A program made the position numbers and the translations under genes. This document shows positions 20,447 to 29,797 of a stretch of DNA of 64,000 bases, one piece after another. Origin of the DNA: an uncultured Bacilli bacterium (GTDB lineage Bacteria; Bacillota_I; Bacilli_A; RFN20; CAG-826). Position 1 is the stretch's first letter; the number at the start of each line of letters is the position of its first letter. The notes beneath the pieces are model-generated. The model saw only the letters and a list, made by a program, of their open reading frames with translations. It was not told where the DNA came from and did not search any database. The stretch spans positions 775 to 64,774 of the forward strand of contig CALVLC010000047.1 in assembly GCA_944336335.1 (NCBI GenBank), in the 5' to 3' direction.

Positions 20447-23400
20447 TTTCTAAACTTGTAATATTACCATTAATATATTGGAGGACCATTAAGACTTCTT
20501 TAGCTTCAATGACACCACTATCATTTAAATCAGCTCTTTTAAATTCATCATCTTTTAGTAAAATAATTCCTTCAATTGCTTGTTTCATCATTAATGCATC
20601 AAGCATATTGACTGTACCATCAGCATTAACGTCTCCTTTTCCAGAAAGTAAGGAAGCATCTTTAATTGTGACAAAATATGGGGATTCTGCAGTACCTTTT
20701 CTAATAATATTGTTACCATCACTTACTTCGATGTAATAATCAATACCTTCAAGAGATAATTCGCCTCCATTAATCTTGCCACTGAATCTATCATTATTTT
20801 GACTCATAGTAATTGTTTTGTATTCTTCTGTTCCGTGTTTTCTATAGAATAATTTTGCATATTCTATACTTACATTGTCTGAAGCAGTAACTGATAAAAC
20901 AAGATTATTACCGACATACCCTTGATTAACAGGAGTGTGATAAACAGTAGGGCTAATCGTATCTTTTATTGTGCATTGAGTCTTACCAGATGGAACGGAT
21001 TCGGTCATATCAGTTAAAACGACAGTGAAAATATAGAAATAGGTTTTACCAGGTTCAGCATTATCATCTATAAAACTTGTTTCTTCTTTTGGTAAGACAG
21101 TGTTATTTAATCTAGTATAATTGCCGTTTTCTTCTTCTGAACGATAAACGTTATACCCCATTAAAGTTTCATAATCGTCTTGGAACCATTTAAGTTCAAC
21201 GCCTTCATCAGTTGGAGTTGCTTGTAAGCTCATGGCCAATGCAGCAGAAGTATCGATAGTAAATGTAAATGTTTCTGCATTATCAGCAAGAGTTAATGCA
21301 TGATTATCTTTAGCTCGACCGTTTGTGACAGAGAAATGTTGATAACCGCCTTCCATTCCGACATCAGCGATTTTATTCATTTTAAGCTTACCTAACCAAA
21401 GAGTGTCTGACAAATAAACACCATCGATTACGTAATCAGCATATGGTCTAACTGAACCAAATGTTACATCAAGTGGTAACGAAGTGTCCATTGGTCTATT
21501 AAATTCAATTCTAACCTGGAAATCTTCCTTACCAACTGTGTCAGTTTCAACGTCATCAAATGTTAATACAGTTATATCTGTAATAAATGGAGGAAGTTTT
21601 GAAATATCAAAATCTTCAGTGTTTTCGTTTTCAATAATGAAGTTACTTTCTGTATCGAAGAAATCTGAAATAATTAAATCGAACATAGTTTGTGGCATAC
21701 CATAAAGAAGTGTGTTTTTGATTTTATATATTTCTCCTTCCTCTCCGTTGCCACTTATTGAAATTAAGAATGTATTGTTTAACTGCGTGGTTTCGGAAAG
21801 AATCAAAGCATTACCATTGTAGTCTGATGTTTCTTTATTAATTTTAAAGGTGATATTGAATGGGTTCAAACTAATTGAATTTTTATTGATAAATAAGTTA
21901 TTTACGGAAGAATTTGCAAATTTTAGTCGCAAACCAGTCCAATAGTAAGGTCGTTCGCTTTCTGGACTAAATTCGAATATGTTTTCTTTAGCATCAATAG
22001 TAGAAAAAATAACGGTCGCTTTTAACAAAACTGTGGATGACTCAAGTTTTTTAATAGCAAAAGTTGAATCTGTGGTATATAAAACATCGACAGTTTTCCC
22101 GTTTTTAATGTAAACCATGTTATTATCAGCAGCTAAAGTGCTATAAAAAGTTATATTGCTATTCTTAATTGATATATTTGAATGATCTAAATCTGAGGTA
22201 GCATAATCGTTTTCAAATTGAGTTACACAGTTATATAAATCAGCGTATTCAATATTAATTTGACCATTGCCAACAGTTTTCATTTGCCACATGTAGTCAA
22301 CATACCAATCTGCGACGTGAAAATTGACGTAGTCGTCTTCACTACCTTTAATTTCAATATTTCCCCAAGCGGTTATACTAGGAGATGAAATAAGTTGATC
22401 GTAATAATTTGAATTAACATCATTATAAACTTGAATATCAACGCCAGGTTCGATTGTTAAAGTGGCGCCTTCCATGACTCTCATTTGATTGAGAAGTAAA
22501 TATGAATGATCTTTTGTTAAAGTTGTGTCTTTGTCGATTACAGTTGGAAGTAAAATTCTATTTGAAACGCTAATTGTCACAGATAAATCATTAAAATTAA
22601 ATGGTGTTCCGCTATTATCAGTGCAAGAAACTCTTAAATTAAATGTAATTGAATATTCATCTGGACAATCTTCAGAAATTACGAATTCAAAATACTGTTC
22701 TGTTCCAATAACTGAATTGCTTGCTTCATCATAAATTAAGCCAGTATCTTTATTAGAATATGTGCCAATCGTTTCAAAATTAATTGTATCTTTTGTAATT
22801 TTTACATATGGATCTGTTAATAGACCTTCATCATCTCTATTAACGTCGATTTTCGCAATAGTATTACTTGCAGCTCCACCAATATTTGCAAGGTTTAAGC
22901 CCATTCTTATGGTCTCGCCTGCGTTGATAGTGGAATTACCATTATTATTTGAAGAAAATTCTCCATCATCAAAAGTGTAGTAATCATAAACACCAATTTT
23001 AGGTTTTGAAGCTTTTGCTAATGCAGCATAAGCATCAACACATTTTGCATAGTTATCTACTCTGTATGGATGATAAGTATTAACAAATAAATCTGAGGTA
23101 TTAACAATTTGAGAGAATAAATACTTTGTAGGATACATCTCTTTGTCTGGGTGCATAGATCTAATTAAGGCAGCAACCGCAGAAACAACTGGAGTTGCCA
23201 TTGATGTACCATTAAAACTTGTGTATCTATTATTAGGGTAGGTTGAATAAACATTTTCACCTGGAGCAAAAACTTCGTATTCAACACTATTATTTGGGAA
23301 AACATCAAAGTTTGTGAACCAGCTTTCTGAATATTCATTGCTTGTACTCATAACGCCACAAACAAATGAATAAGAAGCAGGATATTCTTTAACTACATCA

Positions 23401-24422
23401 TAACCTGGATATCTAAATTGATTTTGAGCTTGATCATTTCCAGCGGCTGCGACTAAAAAAGAAGTAGTATAAGCCGCTTCAAGAGCATCTTGAACTTCAA
23501 GTGACATAGTTGAACCACCGATTGACATTGAAATAATGTCAGCTCCGTTCATATAAGCATAGTTTATAGCTTCTGCGATATTTGAATTGTTAAATGTACC
23601 GGACGAATTACCACATTTAACAGGCATAATTTTACAATTATATGCGATACCGGTTGTGCCAAAATTATTTTTGGAAGCACCGATAATACCAGCTACGTGG
23701 GTGCCGTGTCCGTTATCATCCATAGGATCGTTATTATCGCCAACACAGTTCCATCCCATTGTATCATCGATATAACCATTGCCATCGTTATCGATTCCGT
23801 CACCCGGAATTTCTTGAGTGTTTGTCCAAATATTATCTTTTAAGTCAGGGTGATTATAATCAACACCGGTATCTAAAACAGCAACAACTACCGACGAATT
23901 GCCACCTGCAGTAGAACCATGTGTTTCCATATATTCGTAGGCTTCATCAAGATTAATAACATCTTCTAAACCTAACTTAACCGAATCATCTTTTTGAACT
24001 GGAGATTGATCACTTTCTAAAGCATCGGTTTCAAAAATATAATCAAAATCTACAACCTCAAAAAAACCTGATTTTCTAAAATCAGAGATTAAATCACTAG
24101 CTTTGTAATTATCTTCTAAATAAATAGTGGTCCAGTCACTATTTTTGTGATTTTCAATTGATTTAATTTTAAGAGCTTTGCTGATTGCTCCATCTTCTTT
24201 AATTAAAGTTGTGTCTTTGAGTTTAACTAAAAGATGATCTTCGTTAAATTTAACGTCATTCAATTTATTTAAATCAACTGACATATCCATCGGTTGAGTT
24301 AATAAATCTGAATTTAAAGTTTCGGCTTCTTTTTTAGTTAGACTTTCTGGTGCAGTATATGTTTGAAATGCCGAAAATACTAGCATCAAGAAAGGAAATA
24401 TTGCTAAATATTTAGTTCTCAT
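20436..24422 (-). CDS. Secreted S8 subtilisin-like serine protease with CARDB/beta-helix-like middle region, FN3 domain and C-terminal dockerin
   Basis: Signal peptide MRTKYLAIFPFLMLVFSAFQ. Catalytic triad motifs VAVLDTGVDYNHPDL (Asp), GHGTHVAGIIGA (His) and NGTSMATPVVSAVAALI (Ser). FN3-like stretch GVELKWFQDDYETLMGYNVYRSEE...GKTYFYIFTVV. Dockerin at about 20460-20642 with duplicated Ca-binding loops DVNADGTVNMLD and DLNDSGVIEAKE. Confidence 0.9.
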   Translation of the reverse strand: MRTKYLAIFPFLMLVFSAFQTYTAPESLTKKEAETLNSDLLTQPMDMSVDLNKLNDVKFNEDHLLVKLKDTTLIKEDGAISKALKIKSIENHKNSDWTTIYLEDNYKASDLISDFRKSGFFEVVDFDYIFETDALESDQSPVQKDDSVKLGLEDVINLDEAYEYMETHGSTAGGNSSVVVAVLDTGVDYNHPDLKDNIWTNTQEIPGDGIDNDGNGYIDDTMGWNCVGDNNDPMDDNGHGTHVAGIIGASKNNFGTTGIAYNCKIMPVKCGNSSGTFNNSNIAEAINYAYMNGADIISMSIGGSTMSLEVQDALEAAYTTSFLVAAAGNDQAQNQFRYPGYDVVKEYPASYSFVCGVMSTSNEYSESWFTNFDVFPNNSVEYEVFAPGENVYSTYPNNRYTSFNGTSMATPVVSAVAALIRSMHPDKEMYPTKYLFSQIVNTSDLFVNTYHPYRVDNYAKCVDAYAALAKASKPKIGVYDYYTFDDGEFSSNNNGNSTINAGETIRMGLNLANIGGAASNTIAKIDVNRDDEGLLTDPYVKITKDTINFETIGTYSNKDTGLIYDEASNSVIGTEQYFEFVISEDCPDEYSITFNLRVSCTDNSGTPFNFNDLSVTISVSNRILLPTVIDKDTTLTKDHSYLLLNQMRVMEGATLTIEPGVDIQVYNDVNSNYYDQLISSPSITAWGNIEIKGSEDDYVNFHVADWYVDYMWQMKTVGNGQINIEYADLYNCVTQFENDYATSDLDHSNISIKNSNITFYSTLAADNNMVYIKNGKTVDVLYTTDSTFAIKKLESSTVLLKATVIFSTIDAKENIFEFSPESERPYYWTGLRLKFANSSVNNLFINKNSISLNPFNITFKINKETSDYNGNALILSETTQLNNTFLISISGNGEEGEIYKIKNTLLYGMPQTMFDLIISDFFDTESNFIIENENTEDFDISKLPPFITDITVLTFDDVETDTVGKEDFQVRIEFNRPMDTSLPLDVTFGSVRPYADYVIDGVYLSDTLWLGKLKMNKIADVGMEGGYQHFSVTNGRAKDNHALTLADNAETFTFTIDTSAALAMSLQATPTDEGVELKWFQDDYETLMGYNVYRSEEENGNYTRLNNTVLPKEETSFIDDNAEPGKTYFYIFTVVLTDMTESVPSGKTQCTIKDTISPTVYHTPVNQGYVGNNLVLSVTASDNVSIEYAKLFYRKHGTEEYKTITMSQNNDRFSGKINGGELSLEGIDYYIEVSDGNNIIRKGTAESPYFVTIKDASLLSGKGDVNADGTVNMLDALMMKQAIEGIILLKDDEFKRADLNDSGVIEAKEVLMVLQYINGNITSLENVA

Positions 24423-24890
24423 CGTGAAGCGCCTCCTTGTACTTAATAATTTTAAACCTTTAAATAGTCAAGGTCTAATTTTTAGGACCGCGTTTAGAGA
24501 TATTGTCATATTTAAATTTTGCCTTTTTGTTGCTCTTTTATTTTTAAGAAAAAATTTTTTTGTATGAAAATACTATAATTTTTATATTTTTGTGTTAAAA
24601 AACCTGCAAAAACCTAATATTTTATTTAAAAACTGGGTATATATTACTTTTGTAATTTTCTAAAAATCTTTGCAAAATCCAAATAAAAAAATATTTTTTG
24701 GCATACTACATTTTTGTCAGTTTAGTAAATTTTAAGATTTTATAAATGGAATAATCTATAGAATTCAAAGTTGAAATTAGACAACTTTTACAATCATTAA
24801 TCTTAATAAATAGTAATGTAAATTAAGTTTCTAGAAATTAATTTCCATTACAACTTACAGTCTATAATTCCTTTTTTGAATTGGAAATTT

Positions 24891-24920
24891 CAAACAAAAA
24901 CCACCTCGATTTCGAGGTGG
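24891..24920 (-). terminator. Rho-independent terminator of the purine permease gene
   Basis: On the minus strand: CCACCTCG-AAAT-CGAGGTGG followed by TTTTTGTTTG. Confidence 0.7.
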
Positions 24921-24943
24921 TTAAGCAATCAAAACTTTTAAAG

Positions 24944-26482
24944 TTATTTAGTCATGAGTGGCGTTGCTAATAGTATGAAATTTAATAAGAATAAAGCAGC
25001 ACTCACTGCAAGAATAATACTAATATTTAATTTAGGTTTTACAAGTAAATTACCATTTTGGTCTTTAATTTCACCAGTTTCAGTATCGGTTGTTTTTGTT
25101 GTTCTATTGAAAACAATAAGATCTTTAATATAGATAGAAACTTTAACTAAGCAATAAGTAATGAAGCCCATTGCAATGCCATAACTGATTGAATAACAGA
25201 AAGCCATAAATGCTGTTGCAAAGAAAGCAGGGATAGCTTCTTCAAGTTTATGCCAATCAATATCTTTAAAGTTAGCAAGCATCATGCAACCAACAACAAT
25301 TAAAACAGGAGCAGTTGCAGCAGATGGTACAGCACTAATTGGACCAGCAAAGAAGATTGAAATTAAGAAACATAATGCAGTAACGCAGCTTGCAAGTCCA
25401 GTTCTTGCACCAGCTCCAATTCCACTAGCTGATTCAACAAATGTTGTAGTGTTACTTGTTCCAAAGATTGCACCAACGGAAGTCGCAACACTATCAGCAA
25501 ATAATGCACGATCCATTTTGGATTTAAATCCTCTAGAATTTTCAAGACTTGCTAAATCTTCATCAGAGAAGATACCACTCTTTCTTCCGGTTCCAATAAA
25601 TGTTCCTAAGGTATCAAATGTATCTGAGAGTGAGAAAGAGAAGATTGTAATAACAGCAGTAATTGCTTTTACTCCATCATTAAATAAAGATCCAAATCCT
25701 TCACCAGTAAAGATAACACCAAATGTTTGTGGAAGCTCTTCAAAAGCATCAATAAATCCATCCATATAACCATATTGAGCACTACCAATTTCAAGTGCAC
25801 CAAATGTGGTAACAGCTGTTCCTTCACCAAAGAAAGGAATTAAACCAATTAAAGTAGTAGCAATGATTGTAATAATCATAGCACCCTTAATATTTAAAAC
25901 GTTTAAAACGATACAAATAACTAAACCGATTAAGAATACGACTAAAGTTGGAGAGTTCCAAAGAGCATTTCCACTAGCCATTGCTGGTACACCGCTAGAA
26001 AAATCAATAAATCCAGCATTTAGTAAGCCTAAATAAGCAATAAATAAGCCAATACCACCAGAAATTGCTGCTTGGAGTGATTTAGGAATAGATTTAATAA
26101 TCATTTTCCTAACTTTCGTAATGGTAATTAATATGTTAATAAGACCACAAATAAATACCATTGTGAGTGCTTCTTGCCAAGTAAAACCTAAAGCAAGAAC
26201 AACCGTATAGGCAAAGAAAGCATTTAAGCCCATACCTGGAGCTTGTGCATATGGGACATCTGCAAATAAGCCCATAATCAAAGTTCCAATAATCGACGCT
26301 AGAATTGTTGCAATAAATACAGCTCCCCAAGGCATACCACTTCCAGAAAGAATACTAGGATTAGTGATGATAATATAACTCATTGCAAAGAATGTAGTTA
26401 AACCACCAATAATTTCCTTTCTTATAGAGGAGTTGGTACCTTTAATGTCAAAGAGCTGAAGTTTGCCATCAACCATTTTCAT
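24944..26482 (-). CDS. NCS2-family nucleobase permease (AzgA/PbuG-like guanine/hypoxanthine/adenine permease)
   Basis: N-terminal MKMVDGKLQLFDIKGTNSSIRKEIIGGLTTFFAMSYIIITNPSIL is typical of PbuG-type permeases, and the protein has about 13 TM spans. I prefer the ATG at 26482 (RBS AAGGGGA 6 nt upstream) over the track start at 26563. Confidence 0.85.
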   Translation of the reverse strand: MKMVDGKLQLFDIKGTNSSIRKEIIGGLTTFFAMSYIIITNPSILSGSGMPWGAVFIATILASIIGTLIMGLFADVPYAQAPGMGLNAFFAYTVVLALGFTWQEALTMVFICGLINILITITKVRKMIIKSIPKSLQAAISGGIGLFIAYLGLLNAGFIDFSSGVPAMASGNALWNSPTLVVFLIGLVICIVLNVLNIKGAMIITIIATTLIGLIPFFGEGTAVTTFGALEIGSAQYGYMDGFIDAFEELPQTFGVIFTGEGFGSLFNDGVKAITAVITIFSFSLSDTFDTLGTFIGTGRKSGIFSDEDLASLENSRGFKSKMDRALFADSVATSVGAIFGTSNTTTFVESASGIGAGARTGLASCVTALCFLISIFFAGPISAVPSAATAPVLIVVGCMMLANFKDIDWHKLEEAIPAFFATAFMAFCYSISYGIAMGFITYCLVKVSIYIKDLIVFNRTTKTTDTETGEIKDQNGNLLVKPKLNISIILAVSAALFLLNFILLATPLMTK

Positions 26483-26902
26483 AAGCATTCCCCTTTCGTA
26501 AAAAATACCTTTTAATTCTATGCCTAGAAAATTTATAAAACAACAAAAATATGCGACAACCATCGTACTTTTTAGCTATTTTTGCTTGCTTAATTAAATA
26601 GTATAAATGAAAAAATATTAAATTTGTGTTAAAGGTGAAATAAAAGCACTAAAGCAGATAAAAATTAATGCTAAGTTAACACGATGTAAAGTTAAATTAC
26701 CTTTATTAAGTAAAATAATTGTGAATTTTTAAGTATTAAGATTGTATTAAAAAATTAAAAATGAGGTTTAGGTGAAACTAAATATGCATAAAAAAATAAT
26801 TAAAAAGGTAAGTGTTGTTTAAAAAAGGAAAATAGACTTTTAGATCCTTGTTAAGGCATAAAACCGATATGTCTATAATATAAAAGAGGAGCTTTAAATT
26901 TA

Positions 26903-27505
26903 ATGGCTAAATTTGATTACGAACGTTTTTACTCTAAATATGTTAAAAGAGCAGTACTTGAAAAGGCCAGTTCTAAAAAACTTAATAAATTGGACGGTAG
27001 CTTCTTTGCTAACTTTTTCTTATTACCAACTCTTTGGTTAAGTTATTTTACTTTTACTGACTTAACAAATTTAGGTTTTACATTATTTACCGTTACTTTT
27101 TCTATGTTTATTTTCTTTTTCTTATTAGATATAAATTCAACCATTAAATTAATAAAAAGATCTAAATCAATTGGCATTTTTAGAGATACCAATTATGTAT
27201 ATAAAAAGTTGATTTATAAAGCGATTCTAGTTTTTTATATAGTTTTTGCAGAGATTTTTGTAAATTTAACATATGTTTTATTCGACTACCAGCTATTTAT
27301 GCTTGGTAAAATTATTGTTTTAGTATTTCTTTACATACCAATGGAAGCTTATTTATATGATTTTATTTGTAAGGAATTTCTTATTGGATTAGGTGAATGG
27401 TGCAAAATTAGAGAAGAACAAGAAAAAATAAAAGAAGAAGAGATAAGAAATAGTCTTCCTTTAGCTTTTCGAGATGAAAGTAATTGTGAAGATGAAAAGA
27501 ATTAA
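26903..27505 (+). CDS. Hypothetical membrane protein
   Basis: 200 aa with about 4 hydrophobic spans and an acidic C-terminal tail. Good RBS (AAGAGGAG). No recognisable motif. Confidence 0.6.
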   Translation: MAKFDYERFYSKYVKRAVLEKASSKKLNKLDGSFFANFFLLPTLWLSYFTFTDLTNLGFTLFTVTFSMFIFFFLLDINSTIKLIKRSKSIGIFRDTNYVYKKLIYKAILVFYIVFAEIFVNLTYVLFDYQLFMLGKIIVLVFLYIPMEAYLYDFICKEFLIGLGEWCKIREEQEKIKEEEIRNSLPLAFRDESNCEDEKN

Positions 27506-27563
27506 TTTTTGTTTATGATACAGATAATAAAATTGAATAAATTGATTAGTTTTTAAAACTTGA

Positions 27564-28682
27564 TTAATCATTAAAAGAAAATAAGTATAATTCTTTTTCT
27601 TCTTTGCTTCCTCCAGCATGGGCTCCTTTAAAACCTACTGGTTCTTCGCCATCATAGAAAATATATTTATGTTTAGAAATTAAGCAGTAGTCTGGTAAAG
27701 TTTCGTTGAGATATCCGCACATTTTTCCATAACCAAAAATGTTATTTTTTAGTAGTTCGTCTCTCGACAAAATATAGAAGTTTTCACTATAGTATTTGTT
27801 AGCAAGTTCTTTGAATTTTACATCATCTTTAACGAAAAATCCTGCAAAAGCCGGCTCAAATATGAAATATGGTCTTGAAAGTGTTTCAAAAAAATCTTGA
27901 TGTTCGCGGATAGATATTTCTTCTACATCTTGAAAACCATGGTCTGCAACAAGTAAAAATAAAGTATCAGGATTATCTTCAACGAGTTTTTTAAATTTAC
28001 TTTCTAAGTAAATTAAAGTGTCTTTAATTGTGTTGTTAAAGCAGCCAAAATCATGGAGATAATGATCTGGCATTGAAGAATATACATATACAAAATCATG
28101 AGCTTTGATCAATTCATCAGCATGAGAAAAGAAGTATTCAAAGTCGTCTTCTCTAAGTTGTGTTTTCTTTTGGAAACTAGAAATTGAAGTAGCGTTATGT
28201 TTTTGAGTTTTATTGATTAATTCCCATAAGTAAGTTGGCTTTAAAATATTTTGTTGAACATTAGGATATGATAAACGTGGTTCGAATTTATCATTTGATG
28301 GAAAAACGTTAATAACAGTATTGTGTTTTTTAAAATATTGATTCCAACCAATATGTCCATTTTCAATAGGATATAAACCAGTTGTTAAAGCTGTTGTTGC
28401 TGCAACAGTAGTTGGTGGATTGATACTTGTAAACTCAAATTCTTTATGAGAATAAATAAAAGGAGTACTTTCTTTATAATAATCAGCGATTACTTTGCCA
28501 TATCCATCAAATAAAACTAGTGCGATTTTTTGTTTGCCACTTTTTTGAATAATTTCGTCAGCTTCTTTTAAAGTTTCATGAAATGGAGTGACTCCGAAGA
28601 ATTTTAAGATTGAGTTTCCTAAATTAACAAGTGTATTTGTTTTACTTAAATTTAAATTTTCCATAGCCTTATAATTTAACAT
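27564..28682 (-). CDS. Alkaline-phosphatase-superfamily protein (type I phosphodiesterase/nucleotide pyrophosphatase-like)
   Basis: AP-superfamily landmarks: VLFDGYG (metal-binding Asp), PTTVAATTALTTGLYPIENGHIGW (nucleophile Thr region) and LVADHGF. Confidence 0.75.
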   Translation of the reverse strand: MLNYKAMENLNLSKTNTLVNLGNSILKFFGVTPFHETLKEADEIIQKSGKQKIALVLFDGYGKVIADYYKESTPFIYSHKEFEFTSINPPTTVAATTALTTGLYPIENGHIGWNQYFKKHNTVINVFPSNDKFEPRLSYPNVQQNILKPTYLWELINKTQKHNATSISSFQKKTQLREDDFEYFFSHADELIKAHDFVYVYSSMPDHYLHDFGCFNNTIKDTLIYLESKFKKLVEDNPDTLFLLVADHGFQDVEEISIREHQDFFETLSRPYFIFEPAFAGFFVKDDVKFKELANKYYSENFYILSRDELLKNNIFGYGKMCGYLNETLPDYCLISKHKYIFYDGEEPVGFKGAHAGGSKEEKELYLFSFND

Positions 28683-28703
28683 AACTTAATGATTTTACAA
28701 GAT

Positions 28704-28735
28704 AAAAAAACCGGCCATGAGGGGATCATGGCCGG
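28704..28735 (-). terminator. Rho-independent terminator of rpsD
   Basis: 10-bp GC-rich stem CCGGCCATGA / TCATGGCCGG (28711-28720 / 28726-28735) with a 5-nt loop. A T7 run follows on the minus strand (28704-28710). Confidence 0.75.
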
Positions 28736-28760
28736 ATAAGTGCTACATAATGAACTATAA

Positions 28761-29387
28761 CTAGATAATTCTGTTATAGTATTCAACGATTAATGCTTCG
28801 TTGATTTCTTTAGATAATTCGCTTCTTTCTGGAAGTCTTAAGAATTTACCAGATTTCTTTTCTTTGTCGAGTTCAACATAAGGAACTGTGACAGTTGTGT
28901 TATCTAAAGAAGTTTTGACAACAGCTAAATCTTTGCTGTTTTCTTTAAGAGCGATTACATCATTGACGTGGCAAAGATATGATGGAATATCAATTGTCTT
29001 TCCGTTAACAACGATGTGTTTGTGATTAACGAGTTGTCTTGCGGCTCTTCTTGTAGGAGCAAAACCTAATCTGTAAACTAAGTTATCAAGTCTTGATTCT
29101 AAGATTGTCATGAATTCTGTACCTGTGACACCGTTTCTTTTACGAGCCATAAGGAACAATCTTCTGAATTGTCTTTCGTTAACTCCGTATAAATCTCTTA
29201 ATTTTTGTTTTTCGTTTAATTGCTTTCCGTATTCAGAAAGTTTTTTCTTTTCTGCACCATGTTGTCCTGGAGCATATTCTCTTTTGTCACCTTTTTTAAG
29301 TGTGTGACCATTGAATTCTTCACCTGTTCCGAGTAATGAGAAGCCAAGTCTTCTTGCTCTTCTCCATTTTGGTCCTGTGTATCTCAT
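28761..29387 (-). CDS. rpsD: 30S ribosomal protein S4
   Basis: MRYTGPKWRRARRLGFSL... N-terminus, an S4 RNA-binding domain (RLDNLVYRLGFAPTRRAARQLVNHKHIVVNGK), length 208 aa, and a strong RBS (AGAGGAGAAAAAA). Confidence 0.95.
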   Translation of the reverse strand: MRYTGPKWRRARRLGFSLLGTGEEFNGHTLKKGDKREYAPGQHGAEKKKLSEYGKQLNEKQKLRDLYGVNERQFRRLFLMARKRNGVTGTEFMTILESRLDNLVYRLGFAPTRRAARQLVNHKHIVVNGKTIDIPSYLCHVNDVIALKENSKDLAVVKTSLDNTTVTVPYVELDKEKKSGKFLRLPERSELSKEINEALIVEYYNRII

Positions 29388-29550
29388 CTTTTTTCTCCTC
29401 TCTTTAACAATGTAAAGCTAAGGTCATTAACTCCCGACTCCTACGGTGAACAAATGGGGATTTCAGATATGTAGCGAATCTTACTTTCGTAATCAAATTG
29501 ATCTTTGTTCAACTAGACGAGTGATGCTAATGATGCTCACAATTGCTTTA
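29388..29550 (-). promoter_or_regulatory. Candidate structured 5' leader of rpsD (possible S4 autoregulatory element)
   Basis: About 160 nt between a plausible promoter and the rpsD RBS. The promoter reads TTGCAT at 29581-29576 and TGtTATATC ending at 29555, with a 15-nt spacer. The leader is visibly more GC-rich than the surrounding intergenic DNA and contains self-complementary stretches (e.g. GTGAGCATCATTAGCATCAC). I could not verify a fold by hand. Confidence 0.3.
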
Positions 29551-29797
29551 AAAGGATATAACAAAAAAGCAAATCATGCAAGATTAAGTTGATAAAAATT
29601 CTTCAAGTGACTAGAAAATAGTTCTTTTTGACCATTTTATAGAAAATTTCGATGAAATTTTAAAATATCATCCAAATTTTAGATTCTATTATCTGATTTA
29701 TAGAAGAAAATTTAGGATACAAGTGGCTTAAATAAACTCTTATAAATATAGAAAAAATTAGGTCTCTAGTATAAAATACTAGAGAGGAAAGAAAATC

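Noticed and set aside
24423-24943. The 520-bp AT-rich non-coding region upstream of the protease operon as a possible invertible or phase-variable promoter; also a perfect 12-bp palindrome GAAATTAATTTC (24834-24845)
   Set aside because: I found no long inverted repeats flanking the region and no nearby recombinase. A 12-bp all-AT-type palindrome is not surprising at this base composition.
25284-25769. 161-aa ORF antisense to the permease gene, plus other track ORFs inside or antisense to larger genes (1651..1872, 6765..6980, 7667..7873, 8737..8952, 10937..11146, 15593..15838, 16891..17082, 19398..19583, 20509..23775 set, 25363..26330 set, 29110..29307, 32523..32720, 33614..33796, 37499..37793, 38689..38925, 47484..47681, 49263..49454, 49954..50142, 52647..52934, 53470..53670, 54068..54274, 55234..55470, 56438..56812, 56952..57191, 59562..60366 set, 61195..61548, 62339..62539)
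   Set aside because: These are shadow ORFs. Each lies fully within, or largely overlaps, a well-supported gene on another frame or strand. They lack an RBS and have low-complexity or odd composition.
26483-26760. Purine riboswitch expected upstream of the NCS2 guanine/hypoxanthine-type permease
   Set aside because: I read the minus-strand leader and found none of the conserved purine-riboswitch core elements (the UAUAAU-type P1, the loop motifs, CCGUAAA-like J3-1) and no three-way junction.
26784-26822. 12-codon mini-ORF MHKKIIKKVSVV with an AGGTGA RBS upstream of the 26903 membrane-protein gene (possible leader peptide)
   Set aside because: It is too short to judge from sequence alone. No attenuator or terminator structure follows it, and no conservation evidence is available.
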